Shown: positions 1 through 13,100 of the stretch, one piece after another
Layout of the letters: every line of letters begins with the position of its first letter
Numbering within the stretch: the stretch's first letter is position 1
DNA from: Diadema antillarum
Lineage: Eukaryota
DNA length: 64,000 bases
Assembly: GCF_040938485.1 (NCBI RefSeq)
Contig: NW_027271623.1
Location: forward strand, 147,756 to 211,755
Direction of reading: 5' to 3'
Made by a program: the position numbers and the translations under genes
The notes under the pieces: generated by a model
Told to the model about the DNA's origin: nothing
The model's database searches: none
Seen by the model: the letters and a program-made list of their open reading frames with translations, nothing else

Positions 1-3000
1 GCTGCTATTCTGATTTAAACACGATTATTTTTTCCTTCCGTCAGATTCCATGACGAATATTCTATATCGGAAGACCTAAACTTTTATTTCCATGAAATGT
101 CATGAACATGAGTCAGAAAAAAAAAATGCTTCTTTTGGGAAATAAAAACAATTGACACTATTCATGAACCAAACGAAGAGGAAGCACCATGAAAGATCAT
201 TCAGAATACCTATCGAATTTTAGATGATCAAAACTAGGGCAAATGGCATAGATATTATTTATAGGACAATATGGATGAAAGCGATTCCTCTCTTGATAAA
301 GGAGATTTCGAATGGGTCTTTTAATTACTGAAGTACACGATACACGAAGGGTCAAGTGCATTTATAAATGCGGTAAACTACAAGCAAAAGTAGATCTTAT
401 GGAAAAAAGAAAGAGCCAGTGATTATAACCAAGGAAACGACCATGACACTGCAATGTACAAAGTTGTATAACAAGAAATGACAAAATGTAATGAACATGC
501 ATATACATTGTATTACTAGTGTGCCAGGTATAGTGGAACTATAACGGTACCACGGTACGAAATGCGTGGGCTATTGTGGGGCTGAAAGGTTCAGCAAAGT
601 CAGCAGGAATCTGAAAAATATTTATTTGTACGACAGGGCTCCTAATCAGTTGTAATTTCGTAAAATCTTGGCATGGTTTCTTTTGCTCCATGCATAAACA
701 CAAACATAGTATTAAGATATCAAGTATTAGGACCTACTGGCGTGTTTAGAGAGACATAGGTAACATACACGTATGTGAATATTGTTTATTGTGCTCACCA
801 AGTATGCTCCGGGAGGTGACGCCTCCTATGTATTTCCTATGTATTTATACTTCCCAAATTTCTTGTGCAATTACTTAATGTATTTCAAAAAAGGTGATCC
901 AAACTTGTTGCATGTCGCGCCTCTCGACGGGTACATATTAAAATTCAAATGAATAAACTATTGCCTTACCAATGTGAGCCCAAAGGAGTGCTGTGAATTG
1001 AGGAGACACCGACATAATACAGGCACACACACACTCATGGCCTGCATGGTTATTGTTTGTCTTGGGCGTAACTAGATCAAAGGTTCCATGAACCAAAGGT
1101 TGTTGTATACACTGTATATCGGTAAATGCACGTAGACACAGGCCCGTACTTATCATTCATTTCTCTCTTTTTTATACTCCTCGGTGGAAAAAAACACCCA
1201 CTGTTCTACCAGACGTGATAACTCATCATAGATTCATTATGGTAGACCCGGTTCCATAATTCATTTTGGGAAAGAAAAGCGAAAGCAATAATGATTGCTA
1301 TGTGATAATTGTGACAATACCAGAGATAATATGATCAACGACACACTAAAACTTAAATTGAGACTGATGTAAAACCACAATTTTTATTGAAATGCCACAA
1401 ACTACGACAAATGAAAAAAAACATGACCAGTTTTTAAATAAAGAGAGGCGAAGAAATCTTGATTAATTAGTTGAAGTATGAATATTTTGACCTGTGCGAA
1501 CAACGCAGAACGTACACTGATTTACATGTAATCATATTATACTCACGTTGATAGATGAACGCCATTAGAGGCTTTACGTTTTCGATTAAACTTCTCCGAC
1601 GATGAATGGTCACGAGTTTCAATACGTTGTTCAGGGCGTCACCGACCCCTTCCGCCGTTTCCGAGTACCTTCAGTGGCGATTTCTTGTATCGTTGTTTAT
1701 GCGATGATTTGTTTCGTTAGGGTTTCTGTTTTAACATTGTCGTTTCATGTTCATTGTTGCTTTACGTGTAGATTGACCTGTTTGCACTGAGCTGTAGGCA
1801 TATTGCATAATTACAGGGCTCATCGCTAAAATTCTCCCATGGGGAGGGGGGGGGGGACCCCATTGGGCACCTAATAAAAGTTTCTTTCCTTTTGACTTTC
1901 TAAAAGCTGTTTATGAAAACAATAATTGCAGTATTAGTGTTGATGCATATACATCAAAGTATTTTCCCTGAGATCATCTCGTCATTCTTTGGTTAATATC
2001 ACTATTATACAAAGAGTAAACTTTAACAAGTGATCTTTAAAATTAGTCTTTGCAATACACGTGTGCTCAATTTTCAGAAATTCAGCAGATATCGTTTACA
2101 AATTACGCTGTAGACGACTGTACACATAGAGAAACTTTCTCTTTACGCTTCCCCGAGTTTTCATAATAACCATGCTATAGAATGCTGTTACCTACTCACC
2201 TTGTTTCGAAAGGATAATTTAGCCATTTGATGTATTTTTTCATGACGCAATAATTCTGACAGCCATATCCACTTTTTCCCTTTTGAGCATGCATACTTGT
2301 TTACCAACATATTTCTTTGTTTATCATGACATTGTATTATATTTTCAGTGATTCTATGTAATGTTGAATCTCTCTTTAAAATCTCTTTCATGCATGACCT
2401 TCACAATGCGTTCATTTAACTTATCATTCGCCTTTGTACAAGATGGGGAGGAATGAGTTAAGTCTTTGAAGATTATAGTGAATGTGTGTCATAAAGCAAT
2501 ACATATTTGATATTTGAGGAAAAATAAAATAACGAAATTCCTAATGCATTGTACAAAGAGGTTAAAAAACAACATAAAGAAAAGATACTTCTTCTTAACA
2601 TCAGTGGAGGTGAGATGATAAACTTTGGGTTACCTCCCTCTTTACATTCAGAAAAGTACTTGCATACACACATGATATATAAAATCAATGTTTTTCTTCC
2701 TCTTTGTCCGTCTCTCCTTCTCTCTCTTTCCCATAAATAAGAGTTCTAGAAAGCAAACAATTATTGAACCGTCAGCGATTTCATTATAACCAAGCTTATT
2801 CACACTTGAAAGGGACACAGAAATCGCTTTTTTTTTCTTTCAATTTGCGTGATAACCCAACTCCTGACCCCCCTGTAAGAGGGAGGTTTTCATTTTAGGC
2901 TAAAAATGCAACGATCTTGTGCATACATTGACAGGAATGTTGTGGAAATTTTCAGTCAAAATGAAAAAAAAAAATCGTTGTCACTTTTTGCTCCGTGTGT

Positions 3001-3177
3001 GTGTATACAGTGTACGATGTCTATGGAGGGGGATAATGGTCACCTGCAAACGACAAAGCATCGAATACAGTGCTGACAGATAACGTTAATGTCTTGTTTA
3101 TTCTTACAACGGGATAACGGAAAATGTAATTGATTATCAATTGATAATCAATTGATAATCAACACAAGTCCAAGAGA

Positions 3178-3497
3178 TTAAAGGGGATGGCTAGTACCTG
3201 ATCAGTGGGAATCAGTGGGAATGCTGGGGGATGATTGTTCCAATCCTTGTGGTATTCATTTGAGAGTACATTATATATCTATTGTTGTGTGAAAATTAAC
3301 AATCGTTAACGGGTCATAACGATCGCCCCGTCACTGTACAGATATGCTAAACTGGAAACATTAAACTGCACATTGCTTGAATATGAGACCATTCTGAAGC
3401 AAATAATTTTCACACAATAGATATATAATGTACTCCTAAAGGATTGGAACAATCATCCCCCAGTATTCCCACTGCATTCCCACTGATTCCCACTGAT
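3178..3497. mobile_element. Foldback MITE, family FB-1, copy 1. Long hairpin; TTAAAGGGGATGGCTAG... terminus; right end truncated by ~23 bp.
   Basis: Left arm 3178-3300 is the reverse complement of right arm 3405-3497. Homologous to the complete copy at 19371-19734. Confidence 0.75.
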
Positions 3498-4881
3498 GTT
3501 TGTACTTCGCATGTTTCACAAATTATGAAATTTTGGTTAACTACGTTAAATTCCCTTATTGTCATTGAAAAATATATCTATCTTGTGTTCTAGTTGTAAT
3601 TATATTGTGTTAATTTTATTAATGCTTTTGCAAATCCTCTTGATTGTTTATTTTATGTATTTTCTTGCCTTTAATGAATTTTACCATTTGTATTACCAGG
3701 CCGACCTTATATTGTTTATACTTTTTTATATACTATGTAACTAAATTTTGTCTTAAAAACTGTACCCGTTCATTTATGACTCATGTTTTTTACTTGAATA
3801 CTCAACAAATTAAAAACTTATTTTTATCATTCCTAACAACGAAGTTGGTTTTAACCTGAAAGCATTATTTAATTCAATTGCATGATTTGATATTGTTTCA
3901 TTATAGTCCTTTTTATTTATCATTGTTTTATACTGTTTAAACCATTTCTTTTTATTTTGTAGACATATTTGATCTTTAATTTGTAAAGCATTTTATATTC
4001 AATTTCATATGTTTTGAATATTATTTATATTTCACATTGTTCATTTAATTTGTTAATTATATATTTGAAATTGATTTTTAATTGATTTTACCCTTAATAA
4101 ATATGATTTAATTCAATAAGATGATTCAATACATGTATAGATTTTAAAATTTCTTTTCAGTTATTGTTTTATTTATCGTTTTTGTATTTCTTAAATCTGT
4201 TAGATTGTTATAACCATATTTGATTAACAATTGGTAAACTATTGTATGATTCATTTCTTTATTTAATGTTTCAGACTTTATTTTGTCTAATCTATTTGTT
4301 AATTTCTTTGTTCTCATTTGACCACTGTACAAAATCTTATACATCTTGTTTTTTCCCAGTTTGCTGTTATAGAGTTATCATACGTTTGTATTTGTTCATT
4401 GTTTTGTATACGTTGTATTTCTACATGTATGTGGACCCCTTTGGAAATCAGTCTTGAGCTGAAAGGGCTATCCACCCTATGAATGGAAATGAATAAATAA
4501 AATCAGTTACCAGCCATCCCCTTTAGATTTTGTAATTGCCTCGTGATTTTCTCATTCACTGAATGAATTGCAATGTATTTGAAAATCTCATGTGCGAGTC
4601 GAAGAAAATTTGGCTCTTACGGCAATGCACTGCACCCAACAGTCTGTTTTTATACCGCATTAACAATTCAGTTTCAACTCTGTGAACAATTATATTTCAA
4701 GAGATGAGGTCAAACTTGTACATACCATTAAGGTATGTTAGGCATTTGGGATTCGGTCCCTCTAATGAAAAACAAAAACAAAAACTGAAAAACAAACACA
4801 AAACAAAACAGAAAAGAACAAAAAAAGTCTCTCTGGATGTTTTTCCATTGAAGTATGAAATGAGCTCTCTATCTATATACA

Positions 4882-4882
<1 letters not shown>

Positions 4883-4925
<43 letters not shown>
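4883..4925. repeat. (TA)n microsatellite
   Basis: Perfect dinucleotide run. Confidence 0.95.
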
Positions 4926-4927
<2 letters not shown>

Positions 4928-5779
4928 CTTTTTTTCATCACGTTCATGCAGTGTGTGGCGAGATTAGGACAACTGTAAAATCTTTCCTAATCGTGGTAAA
5001 GTATTTTGCAGAAGAATCAAAGTATTTTCCCCGAGATCCTCTAGTCATTCTTTGGTTAATTTCACTATCATAGAAAGTACATTGACAAGTACTCATGAAA
5101 GTTAATCTATACAATACACGTGTACTCAATTTTCAGAAACTTGGAAGACACTGTAAACGCATTAAGCTGCAGAACTACATTCATTTCAATGTGTAAACAC
5201 AGAGAAAGTTTCTCTTCACCGAGTTTTCATTGTAACCAGGCTAGAATGATGCAACTCACTCACCTTGTTTCGAAAGGATAATTCAGCCATTGGATGTATT
5301 TCATGACGCATCCACTTTTTCCCTTCTGAGCAGTCATGGTAGTTATACTTGTTTACGAATATATTCCCTTGTTAATTATGTATGTGACCTTCACAATGTG
5401 TTCATTTTACCTTAGCATTCGCCTTTGTACAAGATGGGGAGGAATGAGTTAAGTCTTTGAAGATTATTATGAATGTGTTAAAGCAATACATTTGATTTGT
5501 TAAAGCAATTGTTTATTTTGAGGAAAAATAAAATAACGAAGTTCCTATACATTGTACAGAGAGATAAAAAACAACAACATGAAAAGAAATACTTCCTAAC
5601 AATAGGGAAGGTGAGATGAAATAACTTCAATAGATAAGTCATGTTGACATCCAGAAAAGCACTTGCATAATTTAATCTGTTTCTCTTTCTCGTTTTCCTT
5701 CTCTCCTTTTCCCTCTCCCTCTCTCTCTAGTTAGATATAATGATTACGTATAGTAAAACATGTACTATACCTCAAATAC

Positions 5780-5810
<31 letters not shown>

Positions 5811-5836
5811 TATGTGTGTGTGTGTGTGTGTGTGTA
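5780..5836. repeat. Compound (TA)n(TG)n microsatellite
   Basis: Direct reading. Confidence 0.95.
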
Positions 5837-5916
5837 TAATAACATGTGTATTTACTTTAACCTTATTTGACACTACACAATTGCACAGGCGCATAACATT
5901 CTAATGTAGGCAACCA

Positions 5917-5931
5917 TTGCACACACACACA

Positions 5932-5997
<66 letters not shown>
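5917..5997. repeat. (CA)n microsatellite
   Basis: Direct reading. Equivalent (CA)n sits at 27575-27640 in duplicate copy B. Confidence 0.95.
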
Positions 5998-5999
<2 letters not shown>

Positions 6000-6685
6000 T
6001 AAAATTACATGGAAGCAAAGAATTATTGGACGGCCAGAGATTTCATGTGCATTCAAGATGTTATTCAAACATAATTACAGAGCAGTAACAGCATGCATTT
6101 ATCATAATAGGCCTACTCATAAACATTACATACCATATTTTCCTTGTACCTTATACAAACACGGGGTGACATTCCTGTTTGGACGTCGCTGGATTCCACT
6201 GAAGAACAGCAAGCATACATATCATGTCACATGCTGAAGAAAAGATGGACCAGATAAAGGAAACAAGATATTGACATGATGGTTCGATGAGTTTATGCTC
6301 GCATTCTAAAAAACCAAACCAACAACGAGGAAAAAAGTGAAGTAGACGAAGGAACAGTGCCTGTACAGTAAATAAAGAAACCTCACATTGCTCATAACGA
6401 TTACATTATTTACTCAACGTTAATGTAAAGAAATTATACAACGAAGTTTTATATCACATGCCATGCAACAATAATTGCAATACATTATACTCCTTGCATC
6501 AAAATTATGTAAGCATCGATTCTCAAACGAGAGCACGAAGCAGAATAGTTCTCATTTTGCTTACTCTTGCATGGCGTTATGTATACCATTTCTCACGAGA
6601 CTGTATAAGCCACACACTGATATCAACATTACTGACTGGTAGATAATTGAATGCGTAATTATACATTTAGTCACGACCACATATA

Positions 6686-6740
6686 ATAACAATAATAATA
6701 ATAATAATAATGATAATAATAATAATAATAATAATAATGA
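6686..6740. repeat. (AAT)n microsatellite
   Basis: Direct reading. Confidence 0.95.
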
Positions 6741-6861
6741 CATTTTTACAGCGCATATATCAAATGAATGTTCCCTATGCGCTTTACAATCTCATCACAA
6801 AACATACTGTAAGTAACAACTTACTTTCAATACACACACGCACATGTACACAAAAAAAGTA

Positions 6862-7160
6862 TCAATTCACAAATAAATAAGTCTTTAAAGAAGATTTGAA
6901 TGAGGCCAATGAAGACGACTGACGGATATGTTGTGGTAATGAATTCCACAATCTTGGGGCAGCAACTGAAAAAGACTTGTCACCATAAAACTTTGTATTA
7001 ACTTTAAGAATGCGGAGAAGGGATTGATGTTGTGATCTACGACTACGTGTGGGGACAGGTGAGGTAATCAATTCCTTGAGATATTGTGGACTGATATCAT
7101 TTTGAGCTTTATAAACTAACAGGAGAATCTTAAATATGAGACGCTTTTCAATGGGGAGCC
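6862..7160 (-). mobile_element. CR1/L2-type LINE 3'-terminal fragment (ORF2 C-terminal tail), or a SINE derived from one
   Basis: The 69-aa ORF ...SFSVAAPRLWNSLPQHIRQSSSLASFKSSLKTYLF matches the conserved ORF2 C-terminal motif also seen at 17790-18254 (AFGHAAPTLWNNLP...FKSSLKTHLF) and at 43200-43362. Confidence 0.55.
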
Positions 7161-7789
7161 AGTGAAGTTGAGTGAAAGTATGTTATACTCACATATAAGT
7201 GAGTAACGGTAAGCATATTAACATGGTTATATCATGAACCATGTGAAATATTAAAGAATCGCGTATTCCTGATTGTGTTAATACTTTTAACAAAAGCATT
7301 TCACATTATACGGATGCCTTTATGTTCTGTTTACGATATTCGTCAGTCCAGTGCATACCCTATGCCGAAGTATCAAGGCAAAACAAGATTTAGTTCATCA
7401 GAGTATAAAAGTCTAACAATGACTTAAGTATTAGTTCAGTATTTCATTTTTGCGTTAGAATTTTATGGGAAGAGTAATGGGAAGCACTCTTTAACAGAAA
7501 CAAAAAAAAATCAAAGCTGTAGGCCCTATATCTATTTGTTTGCACATGTGAGAAAGAATAAAATAGAAGAAAGAAGGAAAGAATTCAACTTCATTTCGTA
7601 ATCAGCGGCCTACGTACAGTAGGGCTAGAATTAAATTCAATCTCTTAGAAAACTAGAATGAAAGCGACGATAGTGTAAGTTTAAGGACTGGATTGTGATT
7701 CTCTTCCTGGTCTATTACTCAGGCGCTGCGGTCTTCATACACGTTAACTTCTCGGGTATCATAGAAATGATGTTAACTCTGTACCCTCG

Positions 7790-7905
7790 ATAAAAAATCA
7801 TGGGCGTACATACTCGAGCAGGATTCGAACCTGCGACCTCCAGATCACCGGACAGGCGTCATCTCCACAAGACCACCGAGCTTTCGCCCGACAGCAAGTG
7901 TTGGA
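7790..7905 (-). mobile_element. tRNA-derived SINE copy
   Basis: Minus strand carries a T-arm GGTCGCAGGTTCGAATCCTGC and tRNA-like head. Homologous copies at 53775-53900 and 54055-54160. Confidence 0.6.
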
Positions 7906-8362
7906 TTAGAACCAACAAATGATTTTTTTCATTTGTATATTCAATCACGGCACAAACTTCAGTCCAAATACTGTTCTTCCGGAGGTCCATGCGGATGAAA
8001 TACAACATAAATACGTCAGAAATGAAAAAGAAAATTCATACATAAAAAAAACACACATAGAAAACAGATAAACATGGTGATGAAACTATGACACATGTCT
8101 AGACAGAAACAAACATGATCAATCAAAGATATTCATATACAATTACTATACAAGTATATTGCCGTAGTTTATATGAAAAAAATTCTTTATGTTCCTCCGT
8201 ATAACATCGAAATAATCTAGTTTACTTTCAAAGATTGATTCACAAGACAAAAGGGAAACATAATCAGTTATGAAAGACCGAATTCTTTTCAAGAAATATT
8301 TTTTTTTTTTAACGGTAATAATTTTCGCACAAAATAATCAATATCAGCCCCAGTTCCCGTTG

Positions 8363-10269
8363 TCAACGAGTAAATTTCCCCGTCTTGCGATCTTGTCCAA
8401 ATGTGGAAAGAAAATTAATAACGTTGTTCGCGAGATAAAAAAATCGACCTGATAGTGATTGAAATATGTAAAGTCTATCTGGAGTGCAAAGAGCTATCTC
8501 ACCACTCTCGAAATCTGGTAGATGTAATACCATTGGCTTTTCTGTTTTTTTGTGTCTTGAAATCAGTGACGATATTGTGCACGTGCTCCAAATCTCTCGT
8601 GTATCGATCAATACTGACAAGACCCTCTCTGTGCTTCACCCAGGCTACAATGACCAAATCATCTCGACAAACAGCTGGGAAGGCATACCTACCCTCCTTC
8701 TTCAAGACATGCTCCTTCCCATTACCATCAAGGCACACGACAGCTGATGTGTTAGTCAGTATCAGGTGTCTCCTGGTGTAAAAGGGAAATGCTTGAAAAG
8801 GTAAATACCCATCCCACGTTTTTCCCCCGACTGCCTAACCTCCATGTAATCATATGAAATAAATATCTGGATCTTCTTGCCCGTCACATAACCACATAGA
8901 CAATTATTATCATCTTTATCTAAAGTAAGACTATAACACACATTCCTTCTTCATAACTCGCGAACGTGAAGTCAAGCTAACTGTGGAGTGTATAGTAAAA
9001 TCTTATTGTGTCCATTACGTACGACACTTCGACCACCGGACAGGAATCCAATGTCAGTGTCAGTGACATCGTTCAACACGGTACCGTTACTCGCCACCAG
9101 GGGAGAGCATGGATTCCCCCTTGACCCGATCCCTACCGTCTGGTGCACGAGTAATAACGCTCATGGCGTCTTTGCTATAGGGAGCTCTACATCTGATTGA
9201 CATCCCACGTGTAACCTTTCCGCTCTCCTAGACAAAGTTCATTGATCTTCACGTGTTTAGTGAATGAAATCTTCTGAGCTCTTTCTGTCACACCTCTCGA
9301 TGATTGGTCGTCAGGATCATCTCGTACCATAAAGCTCTTCAAGTTCTCACACAGTGTGTCGTGTGCAGACAAGGCGTCTTTCTCTAGCGGTACCTTCATA
9401 CCGTTAGTTACCAGCTCTTCCATAGCGTTCATTTGACGAATTTTTCGCCGACTCTCTTCCTTGTCGAATTTTTCCGACCGTCGTTTCACTTGACATTTCA
9501 GCACCTCTCTTCTGTCTGACAATTTTTCATGTCTTCTTTGTACGTCTTGTCGATGTCATCATTGAGCCTTCTCAGCGTGTTTTTGATTTCATTGCGTTGT
9601 GTCTCTATGAAGTCAATGTCGTTTCCAACGTTTGTTTTCTTTAATTTTGTTCTTTATCTCAACTTCTTGATATGTTTCGTTAATTTCTCCTCATGGATAG
9701 GTGTTTAATTCTTCCAGATGATGACCAGCTTGCAAGTGCTTTAGCATCCCACAAGCAATACAGATGTACTCCCGACAATGGGTACAGAAACACTCTTCAT
9801 CAGCGCTGGGGTGTTTCTTACACTTCCGTCGTCTCTTCAGCGGAACTTTTCCGGAGAGCACCTCGCTCATGGGCACTACTTTGTGGCTGAAAAGCGGTTT
9901 CCAGATAGAGTGGTCCTTATCACACGATTTACACATATATTTTTCACAGTCCTGACAATAGGACACAGCTGGCGGCTTTTCGTCCATCTCACAAACTGTG
10001 CATGTTGGACTCGTGGTTTTCACTTCGTCCACAAGATAACTCAGGGGTACGTTTGTTTGTAGCTTTCCCACATCCCCACTGGGTACGGGCGTTCCTTTCC
10101 TGCACACAGGACATGTTATAGTTTGTTGGTTGGGCTGAGTTTGAAAGATATGTTCCAGACAGTCTTTGCAGAAGGTGTGAGAGCATGCCAGTAGCTTAGG
10201 TTGGCTGAAAAGTGTCAGACATATTGAACACTCCAGATTGTGGCTGCTGATTTGATGAAACGTTGCCAT
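8363..10269 (-). pseudogene. TRIM-like paralog, degenerate. RING plus two B-boxes are intact (192 aa). The coiled coil is frameshifted, most of the beta-propeller is deleted, and the C-terminal remnant lies at 8363-8738.
   Basis: ORF 9691-10269 (MATFHQISSHNLECSICLTLF...CSHTFCKDCL...) is ~85% identical to the N-terminus of the intact paralog at 21414-23264. ORFs 9187-9522 and 8363-8738 match its coiled coil and C-terminus in shifted frames. Only ~450 bp lie between these pieces, against ~1 kb in the intact gene. Confidence 0.75.
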
Positions 10270-12084
10270 ACGGTGGTTGTCAGTCTAATAGCAATAGATA
10301 CACGTAGAAGTAAACATAAGTGTCAACATTATATTGACAGAATCATCACATGAATATTCGCCAGACAGAAAAGGGAACGTTAACAAGATTAACAAAATAA
10401 AGTTTTGGTACTTGAAATTACCGAAGAGTATACTGTATCTCTTCACGCTTTCAAATGTAAATTAAGATTATATTTACTGAGTAACTACACTATATCAGTA
10501 TAGATATCGATAAAAACAGGTATTCAGTTTTCAAGTGTTATTTACTACGTAATTATATTGTCTTTCCATTTACAATTCTTCAGTGAGTGAACTCACTACT
10601 ATATCTTACTTCTATACATCATGGTTGTGCTTCAAAACAGAAATTTGTTTCGTTGCATCTTTTCGTATGTGTATTTTGTTTTGGTCAGTTTCAAACCATT
10701 TCCGACAACCAAAATGCTATGAACTAACAAGTTTCCTTGGATACCTGTAATTCCTACAAGCTTTAATTTTCGAAGCTTTTTTTTCTTTATGTCTCTCTCT
10801 CTCTCTGATTTTTTTTTTTTGATACATCTGCAATCACATTGCACAATTACCGTTAATGGTGCATTCTTAACTGTTTATTTTAGTGAGATGTGTTTTGTGT
10901 GCGCTATTCATATTCATTCATTCGTTTTTATTGATTTCAACACGGGAGCACCCATTCATCATAGACTATTTTTCAATAAGTCCTTGCATAATACTCACAA
11001 CAATGCTCAACTTAAAAACACACACAAATTGAAAAAAAGATACACACAAAACTTTATTCTTAGCGTATTTTCTTTCGTTTTCGATTACAGATATCTTGAC
11101 GATGTAACATGAAGGGGGGGGGGGGGTTGGTACATTCTAGATGAAAAGATTTTGTGGAAGCATTGTTGATCGCAGAGGGATAACGATCTGAAAGTGGGAA
11201 CGACTTTCGTTCCCGAACACTGGACCCTCTCTATGTATTTTTCGTCTGACTCCGATTGTTGCAATATTATCCGAGATATTATACGTGTCTTTACACAAAA
11301 TCACAGCGAAAAATATAATACCACCAATTGTTGCCATGGTTTTTTGCGACTTTAAGCTTAGGGCAGAATCTAATTCCACAGATAAAGACATAAAGACATA
11401 AAAAGAAGTCGCTTCGTAAGAGGAGCACAATATCGCGAAAACTGAGTAAAATAAGGCAAAAATTAACACATTTTGTCAGTGTGTTTGTCTGAAAAATATG
11501 GCTATGGGCTTTTACACAAATCTGTTTTGTTGAGCAATGCTATCAACGTGTATTCAACTTGATTTATCGGCAGGGTACTACCTTCTTTTTTTTTCATTTT
11601 GCGAGAAGATGCTGGTATGTCTCTGAGGGAAGACCAGAGCAAATTGCATATCCCTTATACCAAATATTACCCAATGATATGTCAATGTCACTGAGATGCA
11701 TACTTTATGGAAAATAAGACTTTCATTGATCCCACGAAGGTCCCATGTCCAACTTTCAGAATATTTTATCCAGCTAGATCATTTCAAAGCTTTCAGTAAA
11801 GTAAATGACAGTATTTCTATTTTTCATTTAAACATAAGAAATATGAATTACAATTTTGATAATTTTGTTTACCCATGGCTGATTCGCATCAAACTTCGTG
11901 TCCAATTATCGGATTAAGGGAAACATGACTATCACGGAATGTTGTTGTTGTTGTTTTATAGAAAGAAAGAAGAGAGAGAAAAATGGGGCCCTATACAAAT
12001 AATTTGCCCCAGACAGCACTCAACATAAAACAGACATTATAAATCTTAGAAAAATATAAACAAGATTATCAAATATATATGTAT

Positions 12085-13100
12085 GTACCAAGTCTCCACG
12101 AGGGAGCTCATATCGTCTCCACGGGGGAGCTCATATTGTCTCCACAAAGAAGCTAATTAGGTCTCCACGAGGGAGCTCATATGATATTTATGAATACCTC
12201 AAAATCTGTCACGGAATGTTGCCTCATCTTTTACTCTCCACGGCTTTAACCTCATTGAAAATAGTAGAAAAGACAGGCTGGATGAAGGAGTAGCCATATA
12301 TTTAAAGCAAGGATTTGATTATGTTGTTCATGATCATCTTAATCGTAAGAGTGATGCAATTGAATCTCCGGTAATTGAAATTAGAATTTAAGAGAATAAA
12401 AAACATTAAGTTAGTTATTATTCATAGGCCTCCAAATCCAAATACCAATGATTTCTTTGATTTTCTACAAGTTATATGGAATACACAATCCTGTTTTCAG
12501 AAAGAGAGATTGTTATATAACGAGGGATTTCAATATAGATTCATGTAAATTCAATTGAATTTATTCCCCACAATTTTTTTTAAAGCATTATGTTAACTGG
12601 TTCTTTTCTGCCATTTATTGATAGATTAATTCGGGGACCAGTCGCACAGCCACTCTGATAGATAATTCACATGTATTTACTAATGTCATTCCATTAACTT
12701 AATCAGGGATTTTTTCTTTACCAGACATATCTGATCATTATCGTATACTTATTTCATCTCCATATAAATCTAGAAATAATAAGGAATTGACAAAAAAATA
12801 AGACTCCCAATTAATAATTTGGCTATTTTACAACACAGTTCAAATGCTGCTGACTGTACAAATGTATACACTTCACTAGATGCAAGTACTTCATAATATT
12901 ATGATAATCTTATGAAAATGTTAATTTATCATTAAGGTAAGAATATTCCGTTTGTAAAAGCGAAATATATCAAAAAAAAGACTTTCATGGGTTTCTAAGT
13001 CCTCGTTGCGTTCTATCAATCGAAAACACGACATATATCATATGGATATAATGTAAAAACTGAATATTGTCGCTTTAAATACACTTCTTATAAAAATACA
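12085..13100 (+). mobile_element. LINE 5' fragment: 5'UTR-type ~24-bp tandem repeats (12085-12185) followed by a degenerate APE endonuclease-domain coding remnant
   Basis: Four tandem CTCCACGRGGGAGCTCATAT-like units. Translation of 12280-12420 (GVAIYLKQGFDYVVHDHLNRKSDAIESPVIEIRI) resembles the APE region of ORF2 at 40231 (GGVGFYVSQTLNYQLLHEY...). Stops and frameshifts are present. Confidence 0.5.

Larger units (their letters stand above)
1..6450. repeat. Segmental duplication, copy A. Blocks 1-2750 and 5700-6450 match 24790-28810. It also holds an internal partial re-duplication at 4980-5720 and a 3-kb insert.
   Basis: Long collinear matches by eye. Examples: 220-300 vs 24815-24900; 938-1156 vs 25461-25700 (shared ORF peptide ...CIMSVS.QFT.LLWAHIGK...); 1600-2750 vs 26150-27200; 5998-6450 vs 27640-28010 plus 28720-28810. 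The (CT)n/(TA)n/(CA)n microsatellites sit at equivalent positions in both copies. Confidence 0.7.

Noticed and set aside
9693-10186. Plus-strand and alternative-frame ORFs overlapping the TRIM N-terminal exons (also 21522-23116 and 55435-57105)
   Set aside because: They lie opposite to or out of frame with clearly homologous TRIM coding sequence and have no independent support.
11137-11469. 110-aa hydrophobic minus-strand ORF, a possible small membrane protein
   Set aside because: No start context, homolog or motif that I can recognise. It sits in AT-rich, ORF-poor sequence, so confidence is insufficient.
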